A DNA stretch of 64,000 bases, from the NCBI RefSeq assembly GCF_963921235.1, contig NC_086110.1, positions 21,018,001 to 21,082,000 on the forward strand, in the 5' to 3' direction. Position numbers and translations under genes: made by a program. Below, piece after piece: positions 26,206 to 37,687 of this stretch. The notes below the pieces were generated by a model. That model was not told the origin of the DNA. It was given only the letters and a program-made list of their open reading frames with translations, and made no database searches. Every line of letters starts with the position of its first letter. Position 1 is the first letter of the stretch. Source of the DNA: Mobula hypostoma (taxonomy: Eukaryota).

Positions 26206-26430
26206 AAGATTATTTTGTGTTCTGAGGGAGAAAAGCCTGCTTGCAATTAACCTATCTATACCTTTCATAATTTTGTACATCTCTAGCAAATCCCCCCACA
26301 TTCTCCTATGCTGCTAACTTATTCACCCTTTCCCTATAACTCATATATTACTTAGATTTATTAATAACTTATATTTCCAGACAGGCCTTAAAGAACAACA
26401 CAGGTTTAGAATTCATGTTGAAGAAGTACA

Positions 26431-26436
26431 TTTATT
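26431..26436 (-). terminator. PolyA signal of ctrb-B
   Basis: AATAAA 30 nt after TAA; same in copy C (53134-53139). Confidence 0.8.
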
Positions 26437-26466
26437 TTCATTTGCATTTCACATGTTGTTTTGCAC

Positions 26467-26628
26467 TTAGTTGTCAGCAATGGTGCTATCGATCCAGTCC
26501 CTGAGCTCCGTCACGCGGGCATAGACAGCAGGAGTGCTGGTGGAGCAATAGCCACTGCCCCAGGAAACGATGCCAACCAAGTTCCATACGTTGTGCTTCT
26601 GACAGACAAGTGGGCCGCCAGAGTCATC
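26467..26628 (-). CDS. ctrb: ctrb-B exon 7 (Ser195; G193D; Ala226)
   Basis: [53 protein letters not shown]. Confidence 0.93.
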   Translation of the reverse strand, partial: DDSGGPLVCQKHNVWNLVGIVSWGSGYCSTSTPAVYARVTELRDWIDSTIADN

Positions 26629-29600
26629 CTGTAAACAAGTCACAGCCTCAGACTTGGTCAAATTTCCTTTTTGCAACTTAAAAGAGGTTGAAGTACTTTG
26701 AAAAGGTTTCATACCATGCCAGATGAGGCACCAGCTGCCCCAGCGCAGATCATGATATCGGTGACACTGCTACCCCAGTAGTTCCGGCAGTTCACGTTGG
26801 AGAGGAGAGGAAGAGCAGCTTGCTGAAGTTTGTTAGGTCGTTTAGCAGCTGTGGAAACGTTAGATGATACTTCAATCAATTTTGCTTTTTTTTTTAAGGG
26901 TCATACTCCAATGAAAGTAAAAGGGTATATTTTCAGCCATTAGAAACCTTTTATAGGCCTATTGATTGACTATACCTCTTTCCGGCCTGTCTCCCTTTTC
27001 TCAATTCTTGTGCTTCCACTGTATCTATTGCCAGGATAAGGCTTTTCTTTCCAGGACAGGGAGGAGGTGAACAGCGAGGTGTAGCATTTCTGTTGCATGC
27101 AGGGATATGTGAGAGAGACTAGTGGGGAGGGCTAAATGGACAAAGGAATCATGGAGAGAGCAATCCCTATGAAACGTGGATAGTGGGGGAGGGGGGGTAA
27201 AGATGTGTTTGGTGCTAGGATCCCACTGAAGATGTGGAGAGTGGAGGGAAGGTAACGATGTGTTGGCGGTAGGATCCCTTTGCAGACGGCGGAAGTTGTG
27301 GAGGATGATGCGTTGGGTGCAGTGGCTCATGAGGTGACAGGTCAGGACAAGAGGAACTCTATCCTTGTTCAGGTGGCAGGAAGATGGGGTGGACGTGGAT
27401 GTCCGGGAAATGGAGGAGATGCAGGTGAGGAAGAGAAACCCCGTTCTTTGTCCTTATCCCTGGGACAGATGCGACAGAGGTGAAGGAACTGAGCAAAGGG
27501 AATGGCGTTTTTACAGGAGATCGGGTGGAAATAGTATCGTCAAGATGGCCGTGGGAATCAGCAGGTTTATAAAAGATGTCAGTAGATAGTTGGTCTCCAG
27601 AGATGGAGACAGAGAGATCGAGAAAGGGGAGGGAGGTGTCAGAAACGGACCAAGTGAATTTAAAGGTAGGGTGGAAGTTGAAGGCAAAGTTTATGAAATT
27701 GATGAGCTCAGCATGTAGGTGTGAAGCAGCATCTATGCAGTTGTCAATGTAGTGCAGAAAGAGTTGGGGAGTTTGACCAGAGAAGGCTTGGAACATGGAC
27801 TGCTCTACGCAGCCAGTGAAAAGGTAGGCGTAGCTGGGGCCCATACAGGTACCCACGGCTACCCCTAGGGTTTGGAAAAAGTGAGAGGGACCAAAGGAGA
27901 AATTGTTAAGGGTGGGAACCAGTTCTGCTAGACAGGAAGGTATTGGTGGAGGGGAACTGGTTGGGTCCTTTGGAGGGAAAAATACAGAGAACTTTAAGGC
28001 CTTCTTGATGGGGGATAGAAAGTTATAGGGACTGGACATCCATGGTGAAAATGAGGCGGTCGGGGCAGGGAATTGAACATTATTGAGGAGATCGCGAGCA
28101 TGAGAAGTGTGGCTGTGTTGATCTGGGAAGGGACTGAACCAAGGGGAATATAATGGAGTTGAGGTATGTGGACATGAGTTCAGTGGGGCAGGAGTTGGCA
28201 GAGACAATGGTCTTACTCGTACAGTCACGTTTGTGGATCTTGGGTAGAAGGTAGAAACAAGCATTGCGGGTTAAGGAAACTATAAGTTTGGTGGCAGTGA
28301 ATGGGAGTTCACAAAGTTGATGAGATCAGTGATGGTGACACTGACGGTCCAGAATATGGTCCTTTTCAAGGAGGTGTCTTGAGAGTTTCCGACTGGCATC
28401 AGCAAGGTCGAGGTCAGTCCGCCACACAGCAATAGCTCCCCCTTTGACTGCAGGTTTGCTGGTAAGGTTGTGATTGGTGTGGAGAGAGTGGAGGGCAGTG
28501 CATTCAGAGGGAGTAAGACTGGAGGAGGAGGAGAGGAGTGCTGAAATTGAGGCAGTTGATATTTCGTTGGGAATTAGAGATGAAAAGATCTGGAGCTGGC
28601 AGAGAACCAGAGCGGGATGTCCAAGAGAAGGTGTAGGATTGGATATGGGAGGAGGGGTCATTGGTGCAGTGGACTGAGGGCCCGACAATGGAGGGGGCAA
28701 AACTCGTCCTACATTTGGGAAGGTGACAGTGAGGGAGCACTTAGGGACCAGTGACTATATTTCTAATAGTTTTTAAAGGGTTATGGAAAGGGACAGAACT
28801 GGTCCACAGGTTCAAGTTCTAAGCTGGGGCAAGGATAATTTTAACAGTATGAGACAGGAGGTTGCAACGATTGTTTGGGGTAGGTAGTTTGTTGACACAG
28901 AGCCCACAGGTAAGTGGGAGTCTTTTAAAAGTGATCTAGTAAGATCTCAAAGCCTACATGTTCCTGTTGGAGCGTAGGGCAAGGCAGGCAGGAGTACGGA
29001 ACCTTGGACAATGAGGGATATTGAGGCCCTGACCCTGGAGAAAACGAGGCATAGGTTAGGTACAAGCAGCTGGGATCAAGCAATTCTCTGGAGGGATATA
29101 GGGTTAAACAGGGGGAATGAGGGATTTTTGACAGAGAATATGAATAAAATTCTACACAGATTGTATGTATATTAACATAGAAACAGAATAAGGCCCCTCA
29201 AAGATCACAAGAACATATCTTTGTGTGGAGCCACAGGAGGCAGGCATGGTCCTTAATGAATATCTCTCCTCTGTTATTTTTTAACCACAGAGAGTTGTAT
29301 GAATGGCAGGGCACTGGGGAGTGGTGTAGAACAGAGTGAAAGTCACAGGTAGGTGAAGAGGTGAAGAAGGCTTTTGACACACTGGCCTTTGTCTCTCAGG
29401 CCAATGAGTAGAGAAGTTGGGAAGTCATGTCATTTTGTGGTTGTATTGGACGCTGGTAATACTGCTCTTGGAATATTGTATTCATTTTTGGTCGCCTTGC
29501 TGCAGTAAAGGTGTTGTTAGACTGGAAGAGGTGTAAAAAAGATTTATAAGGATGCTGCCAGGATTTGAATAAATGAATTATAGGGAGAGGTTGAAGAGGC

Positions 29601-32600
29601 TAGGACTTTATTCCTTAGAGCATTAAGGACTGAAGATGATCTTATAGAGAGGTATAAAATCATGAGTGGCAAAGATAGGGTGAATGTATTCCGTCTTTTT
29701 CCTCAGAGTTGGGACATCAAGACCAAGAGGGCATAGGTTTAAGGTGAGAGTGGAAAGATTTCAGAGAAACTTGAGGGACAACCTTTTTTGTTCCACAAAG
29801 GGTGGTATCTATGCAGAATCAGCTACTAGAAGAAGTGGTAAGGCAAATATAATGACAACTTTTAAAAGACAGTTGGACAGGTACCTGGATTGGAAAGGAT
29901 TAGAAAGTTATGACACATGGATAAAAGAGGTTTTGAAGGTTATGGGACCATGGATTAGAAAGGTTTAGAAGGTTATTGGTCCATGGATCAGAAAGGTTTA
30001 GAAAGTTATGGGCCAACATTGGCAAATGGCACTAGGTTGGATGGGGTACCTTAGTCTGCTTGGACCAATTGGGCAGAAAGACCCATTTCCAATCTATATG
30101 ACAATGTGAACACCCTATCGGTGGATTAGTTGTAGAAGCCCACAATATCCCTCTGATGAACAGAATTATCCTGTTCCTTGACCAGAGAAACTTGTTGCAG
30201 CCATGAAGTATTATTCATAGCATAACCTTTCAGATTGCCAATCATCTTGGGAATCTATCCGCTGCTCCCTGTCAGGGTAAGGGTACAAAGGCACAGAGCT
30301 CGGAACTGCAACACTGTAATTTGTAAAGTTTTGAACTGACATACGGTAAGCACGAGTCCTTCCCCATCCCGTTGTGACACACATCATGCCCTCTGGGTAG
30401 TTATCAGATACAGCGGCGAGACAGACTGGCGACACATGACTGTTGAACTGAACGGGGGTTGCAAGCTTCACCACAGAAAGATCATAATTAATGGTGGATG
30501 GGTTCCACTTGGGGTGTGTAATGACCTGTAACAGAGAGAACATGGATGACGGCTGTTCCTAGTACTCATCTTTTACAGTTGGCACTTGCTTGAGACCGAT
30601 AACTTCAGACTCTCCTGGATTTCATGTCAATGGAGCTGCACTCATGAATGGGGAATTGCTTCTTCAAAATAGAATTCAAAAGCCCTTCATTAGAAAACCA
30701 AGTCAGCAATTTAAAGAAAAATAGATAGACTTACAAGCTGGAAGTGGAAATAAGTGGAGCATTCTGTGGTTTACCATTACACTGGTGCTGTCGTCTTGTA
30801 TAAAACATCTTCAGTTTTTCCTTTCTGAATTTGATTAACTTTTCTGAGATAATTAGTTTTTTTTAGTTGCCCAGACACTTCAATCAAGCCAGCAGTTCAT
30901 GTGCTCATTTCTAAACTCTATATGAGCAAAAAAACAATCACCTCAGCACAATAAGGCAACCATTTCTCATTGCATCTACATCTGTCTCAAATGTTAATGA
31001 ACTTCTTGCAAACCGCTCGATACCAGGACACAACAGTGGTCAGAAGACAAAAAGAAGATGCAAAAATCATTCAGAAGTGTCAGCAATCAATCCCAAATCA
31101 TTTACTCAAAATGGCTCTGCTTTGCAACAGATTAAGCAATCGTTGGTAATCTGTTGATACACCAACCTTATCTAGGACAAGGAGACAAAGGATGAATCAT
31201 GTCGAGAAAAAGGTGCCAGTCCAGCTATCAGGACAGAGAGGTTCAAACATTACCGTGTGTGCAGTCATATAGACACTGACATTCTGGCATACAGCCCAAA
31301 GACTGGACCTTATACCGACCCACACATTATCAAATTCCCTGATGGGTTTTACAGGCAACCCTTAGTGAACAGGACACCAGGATCAATGGCCACTCTATGT
31401 CATCATGTGGGACAATATATCTTTCCACCATTCATCTGCAGTGACTGGCTGGTTTCAGGCTTATCTATCCATGTCCGTGAAACTCTTTTCACCGCACTCC
31501 CCATTCCTCAACTCTCCTGGGTTTTTTCCCTTCCTGCAGATGGCAGGCGTTATTCCGACCAAAGGACGCTGATGGACACTATGATTGAGGATCACCATGC
31601 AGACGTCCAGGGCTGGATTTGGCATCCCAGTGGGTGCATTGCTAGGGAGCACATTCGCTGTGATGTTGGTGAAAACATGAGGCCAAACCGGGGACAAAAT
31701 AGATCAGTGGACCATTATTGTACGGCATTTCTGTTATCAGAGATGAATGATTTTTCTCCCCTAAAGGTGTGGGCAATTTTGTCTTTGACTTTCATGTAAC
31801 AACAGTTGAGATTCCAGACTGTGTGTGTAGGTTTGCATTCTTGCCTCTCATCCTGTTGATCCTTCAAAGTTCTTACTCAAGATTGGAGTTGTAATCATAG
31901 TATTTACAATAATAGACAAAGTGTCCTGATCTCTGGCGTTATACATAGTATGCGCCAAGCATCACAATGTGCAACTGACTACACTGATCATGTTATGCCT
32001 CTTTGAGAAGGATGGCCAGTGTTTTGCAGTGATTACCCAGTGATCACTGATATGTGTTAGAGATGTAATGCTGTGTGCTACTGTTTTAATTGAATTATTC
32101 ACTTTTGCTGCAAATATTTATTGTTTTGGTTTGCTGAGTGTAATTTGCAGTGAGAATGAGGAGTCTAGCACAATGAATTAGTCCTTTGCAGCCTGTGTCG
32201 ACTGTTTAGAGAATGTGGCTACTGTTTTGACCGTGTGGTTAAGCGACTGAGAAAAACTGTAATAGGGCTAATAGTGTGTTCTCTTTTAATTTGATCTAAC
32301 ATGGCCATAATACCAAGCATTAATGACTTAAGTTAGTTCTCACTTGATATAAGTGAGATAGGAATAAGACTTTAGTTTATTTTGTTGGTTCCAAGCTATA
32401 AGTATTCAACAGTCTTGAGACTGACCTCGTTTTGTTCTGGCTGTGAGCCTAATGATTTGTCAGCATTGACATTTCCAGAGAGTCATGCATTCCAATGTGA
32501 AATGTCTAATCTGTTTGCTTCATGTTTGTACTTATGACTGAGTTTGTCTTTTCACTTACTACACTGCAAGTAACATTTATTGCTGGAAGGCGCATGTGTC

Positions 32601-35419
32601 AGGGTATTGAGGCTAGTGCAGAGGAAAATTAATCTGATTAAAACTGGGGCCCCAATGCCTAAGGGAAGTGACGTGTAATAATCTTTTATCATCTTCGTCA
32701 GCACCTGAAATAATTCTTGCTTTTGCTTGTTATTGATATCTTGTGATTCTATTCTTGGTGCTATGAAGTTTATCATGGTGAGGCATATTCATATTGGAGA
32801 TTGAAACCACTTTTGGTGTTGGACACCCCTTACTAAGATCCTGTGTCCTGTCTGTATGGCATCCATCTCTGCACATCATTTTGGATCCTAACAGTACTGT
32901 AGCCTAAACTTGACCTGAATTCAAACAAATTCCTAGTTTTACAGGGAGATACGTACCTTAGCAATGGACATGGACTTCTGGCTGGCTTCAGCTTTTGAGC
33001 TTTTGTCATGGGCACCAACAATAGCAAAGTCGTTCGTACTGTATGTGACAAAAGAAAAACAAAAGCAGTGACAGAGTTTGCTTGTTGCAAGATACCAGCA
33101 ACTCCAAGCTTCATCAGTGGTGGGGGTGGAGGGAAAATTGTACTTTCCAGTCAACGATTTCCCAAACTATTCATGCAAGGATCTTCCCTCATTAGGTCAA
33201 TGTTCATGCCCACAAGAGCAATTTTTCTTTGCCTCATATATAACTTTGAACAAAAATATCAGTTAAAGCTGCATCATCCCTCAGGAATTAGAGAATGATT
33301 CACCAGCACATTTCTTTCTCTCTTTGTAGGTGTTAAGACTTACCTCACTTCACAATGTGCAGCGGTGACAACCCAGTTTTCATTGATCAAGGAACCGCCG
33401 CAGAAATGCCGACCAGAGTCAGTCTGTTACACGAGGAAAAAGGATGCTCAGTATTACCATAAAAACACCTTAAGTTTTTCTCCACCATACAGAAGTAGTT
33501 TTATTGAAAGTTGACAGTGACTCCAGATTGCAAATTGGGTAAAAGGAAACAAGACTCATAATATAACAAGGAAGTTATCAAACGTCATTGGATCATGAAT
33601 TCAAAGAAATTCGTTGAAGAACGAAGTTCTAAAGATGCATTAAATAACTACTGTAAAACTAAACTTTAATTTTAAATGAAACATATGATGAGAAATAGGG
33701 CTAATACTGTAATACCAAGAACAGTTAAGTGGGATTTAGAAAATGATGTGGAAATCTGAAAAGTTGGATAAGAATTGCTTAAAGGGAGTTTGAAAAATGA
33801 ATAAAAGATAATGTAAGGAAGTTTATGGGGATATAAGATATTTTCCTGAAGAATATTTAAAGTAAAGAGAGCCTGGAACCAATCTGAGAGGAGAGACGGA
33901 GATGAATTGTGCAAGATGAAATGGCAGCAAGATATTAAGCACTGGATTATATGATGCAAGTACTAATGGAATGAGAATCTGGATGCTACACAGAGGGATA
34001 TGTCACTGCAGGAAGGGAGCAGTTCTAAAATGAAGGAATCAAGAAGCTCCATGCAGTTGAAATAATTTGTAAAGGAGGATAATGTAATCTTAGTGTTCAA
34101 ATTGCCATTTAGCACTGGAGAATTACTAATCAAAAGATAGAGAAAGATAGGCCAAGTAATCATAAACCAACTGGTATGAGGACATTTATGGATCAACTCT
34201 GAGAATCTATAATTTCCCACAATTAGTAAGAATTCAGACATACATTAATTAAGAATAACCAGCTTGGATTTGTTGAAGATAAATAGTGATTTAGTAGTAT
34301 ATTGTAGAAAGTACATATTACATCAAGGTTTTAAGAAAGTAATTCACGTGAAGCTTGTTAAATAAAAACAGACAAACGTATATTAGGACAGATAAAACAG
34401 AAACAAGAGAGACAGAGAGAGAGGGTGAGAAAGAGAGTGCGAGAGAGTGAGAGTGAGACAGAGAGAGAGGGTGAGAAAGAGAGAGAGAGAGAGAGTGAAA
34501 GAGATGAGACTGGGTGGGACAGAGAGGGAAACTGTGCACCCCAAACAATGGTACTGAGTTCAATTAAAGACACTTCAGGAAAACCTCTCTAATATTCAAA
34601 ATTAGGAAAATGGATAATTTTTTTGAGAGTTGTGGTGACTAAAACCAAAACAGGATTATTTAAAGAAATGCCACTGGAATGCAAACATATTTACTTTTTA
34701 ATCTGTGGAACAGGGATGAGCAGAGAAAGCTCTTCATATAACTTCCCCTTTTGAGCGAAGAGCAGCAAGTATTGCCCATTACTGTGTCTATTAACCAAAC
34801 AGGATGCAATATAAATACAGAAGTATCTGGCCTTTTGTAGCAATTTCAACAGTTCTAAGGCTTTCGTATTTTTACGAGGCCGAGTTGCTAGCTCGATGTT
34901 CAACCCAGCACGGATGGAAAGTGTGCAAGAGAGCCGGCTGGATTCGAACTCGGGACCCTTCGCGCTGAAAGCGGGCAATGATGCCACTATGCCACCAGCC
35001 GGCGAGTCTAGTGATTAGGTTAGGGTCAAATCGGGGGTTGCTGGGCAATGTGGCTCGAAGGGCTGGAAGGGCCTATTCCATGTTGTCTCTCTATAACCAT
35101 AAGTACTAAATAACAAAAACAAATAACTTACTAGGTAACATTAACTGACCTGCAGGGAAATCTGCCAGGGCCAGGATCCTGGAACAGCCTCTTCACCACT
35201 GACAATTCGACTGTAGCCTGACACAACCGGGGTGATGGCTGGAGATCCGCAGACTGCACCTGGGTGGAGAGAAGCAGTTGTTCTATGTAAATGTTGCCTA
35301 TTGCATTCAACACGGCACCCTCCGTTCCAATGGTTAAAAGTAGAATTCTAATTTCAAGTGATATTACCATAAGTGACTCCAATGAAAGCGGAGCAGGAGA
35401 GAAGCCACAGAAACGCCAT
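26467..35419 (-). CDS. ctrb: Chymotrypsinogen B-like copy B, complete 7-exon 264-aa ORF, probably catalytically impaired
   Basis: join(35368-35419,35150-35253,33344-33423,32957-33038,30345-30525,26715-26848,26467-26628) = 795 nt, all GT/AG. Triad AAHC / NYDL / DSGGP present, but ASSGMDDSGGP replaces ASSCMGDSGGP. Confidence 0.88.
26715..26848 (-). CDS. ctrb: ctrb-B exon 6 (C191G)
   Basis: 134 nt, [44 protein letters not shown]. Confidence 0.93.
27050..28665 (-). mobile_element. Penelope-like element RT fragment in ctrb intron 5
   Basis: LNNFSF...[16 protein letters not shown]...HYIDNCI...FHPTFKFT...LPFLDLSV...TDIFYKP; related pieces at about 51690-52510(+) and 56545-57980(-). Confidence 0.85.
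28725..30105 (+). mobile_element. Degenerate CR1 LINE in ctrb-B intron 5 (internally deleted relative to C and D)
   Basis: CR1 ORF2 remnants ([20 protein letters not shown]); homologs at 48370-50750(-) and 58245-60510(+). Confidence 0.75.
30345..30525 (-). CDS. ctrb: ctrb-B exon 5 (Asp102)
   Basis: 181 nt, [36 protein letters not shown]...[12 protein letters not shown]. Confidence 0.95.
30850..32262 (+). mobile_element. Degenerate Tc1/mariner ISRm11-type transposon in ctrb-B intron 4
   Basis: [22 protein letters not shown] and [15 protein letters not shown] remnants; TIR-like ends (left boundary approximate). Confidence 0.6.
32957..33038 (-). CDS. ctrb: ctrb-B exon 4
   Basis: 82 nt, [27 protein letters not shown]. 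Confidence 0.88.
33344..33423 (-). CDS. ctrb: ctrb-B exon 3
   Basis: [26 protein letters not shown] (W>R relative to the other copies). Confidence 0.93.
35150..35253 (-). CDS. ctrb: ctrb-B exon 2
   Basis: (V)[34 protein letters not shown]. Confidence 0.93.
35368..35419 (-). CDS. ctrb: ctrb-B exon 1
   Basis: [17 protein letters not shown]; TATA box at 35458-35464. Confidence 0.9.
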
Positions 35420-37687
35420 GGTGAGCTTATAACATTCTTTAAGAGACTGATGATTGGTTTTATAGGGTCTATTTGCCATGAACTTTACACTTCAAAGTCA
35501 TGAATAAAAAATGCTCTGTGTGCATAAGTTAATGACAGCATATGTTGCTTATTCCTTTTCCAAGGAAACAAATATTATACAAGGTTGTTCAAACTCTGGA
35601 AAAATGGCAAATATCTTAAACAAATGCAAATAAGGCACATACGGTCTTTGACACATAACTTCTCAGCTCTCTGCATTCTAGCACTTGATCACAATGAGTT
35701 GCCGGCAAACACTTGCACAGGTCAATGCAGTTCAGTGGCTGCGTTCCGAGCATCAGTGTCTTCACATTCAGTGAAGCTCCGATCCACCCCCATTTGTTGA
35801 TCCAGTAAGCAAAATACAAAGATTGTTCTGGAAGACCAAATCAGCCGGCCTCAGCCCTGGTAACTGCTAAACTCTCCGGAGACATACAGTATACAGTCAC
35901 CTAGCAACACACACAAAATGCTGGAGCATCTCAGTAGGTCAGGCAGCATCTACGGAGAGGAATAAAGAGTCGATCTTTCAGGCTGAGACCTTTCATCAGG
36001 ATTGGAAAGGGAGGGGGAAGAAGCCAAATGAGAAGATGGGGAAGGAGTACAAGCTAAAAGGTGATAGGCGAAGCCAAGGTGAGGGGGAAGGTGGGTGGTG
36101 GAGGGCGGGAATGAAGTGAGGAGTTCGGAGGTGGTAAGTGGATAAGGCAAAGGGCAGTAGGAGAAGGTATCGGATTGAAGAGGAGAGTGGACATGGGAAT
36201 GCGAAGGAGAAGGGGCACCAGGAGGAGGGGATGGGCAGATTAAGAGAAGAGGGGAGTCAAAATGGGGAATGCGAAAAAGGGAGAAAGTGGAGGGGGGCGG
36301 AATTACTGGAAGTGACTGGATGCAAACCTAATGAAGTGAAGGTGTCTTTGAGAATCAGAATTAAACGTACTGTTGCCATACAGGCCTAAAATGATCAGCC
36401 TCAACAATCTCACTGAAGTCTCACATTAACTTATTGGTGACACTTTCTTCAAAGCACTTTCAACGTCTTTTCCCAAACCTTTAATGTACCTCACTCGTGG
36501 CCCTCTGAGTTCTCTCTTTCTCCCGGTCAGGGAACTGAGCTGGAAACTTGCTCTACTCTCACATGCAGTGTGAAGCTGGAGAGATCTAGATGACTGCCTT
36601 GGATTGAATTACATTTTTTAGAGATTATTTTTGGATGTTGTATGTTTCTGATGACACGAACCCCTGGGTTTCACACAGTGGGAGTGTCATAAATAACAAA
36701 GAATGATATTTATAAAGAAAGCTAGTTTTCTTACATAAAATTCATGCATAATATTTATCATACCCTGTACATATGAGAAAATGTCCTTACAGTTCTGTTT
36801 TTCATTTAACTTCCATTTTAATAGGTGTTTAGATTCACCTAATATAGTACCAAGAATACTTACTCGTAAACCAATCAGGAGCACTAGTAGTCCACTCGGC
36901 CCTTTGATATTGTCTACCGTTCCTTATGATTATGGCTAATCTGAATGACCCTACCTGCAGTAACTTTTTAAACTTCGGCTTACCAACAATCTATCTAACA
37001 CTGCCTTAAAAATATTACCAAACTCTGTTTCCAACACTGTTTAAGGTAGAAGGTCCTGGAAACTCATGACCTTCTGAAAGAGAAAACAATCTCCCCTCAT
37101 CTCTTTCTCAATTGAGCAAAGAGTATTTTTAAACAGCGATCCCCAGTTAGAGGTTCTCCTACAAGGAAACATCCTCTTCACATTCACATTATCAAGTCCC
37201 CTCAGAGTCAAATGTGTTTCAAACATGTCAAAGCCCCACTATGCTGGTGAGACCTGGTGGAGATTGGGGGGGGCCGATTCATCGAGCACTACAACAGACA
37301 GGATTTCTTGGTGGCCACCCATTTTAATACCAATCCCCATTCCCATTCCAACATTTCAGTCCATGGCCTCCTCTCTTACCCTTCTCTTCTCCTCACCTGT
37401 CATCACCTCTCTCTCTAGTGCCCCTCCTTCTTCTCTCTCTCCCATGGTCTACTGCCCTCTCCAATTAGATTCCTTCTTCTTCAACTATTTACATCATGCA
37501 CCTACCTTCTCCCAACTTCTCATTTCATCCCCTCTCCAGCACCTGGTTTCACCTATCACTTTCCAGCTTGGACTCCATCCCTTCAACCCACCAAGTGAGA
37601 CCTGGTGGAGATTGAGGGGGGCCGCTTTGTCGAGCACTACAACAGACAGGATTTCTCGGTGGCCACCCATTTCAATACCAATCCCCA

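Noticed and set aside
26467-35419. Calling the proteases CTRL or trypsin
   Set aside because: MAFLWLL signal, Cys1 propeptide, Ser189, Met192, [11 protein letters not shown] and CSTSTP fit the CTRB type; there is no Asp189
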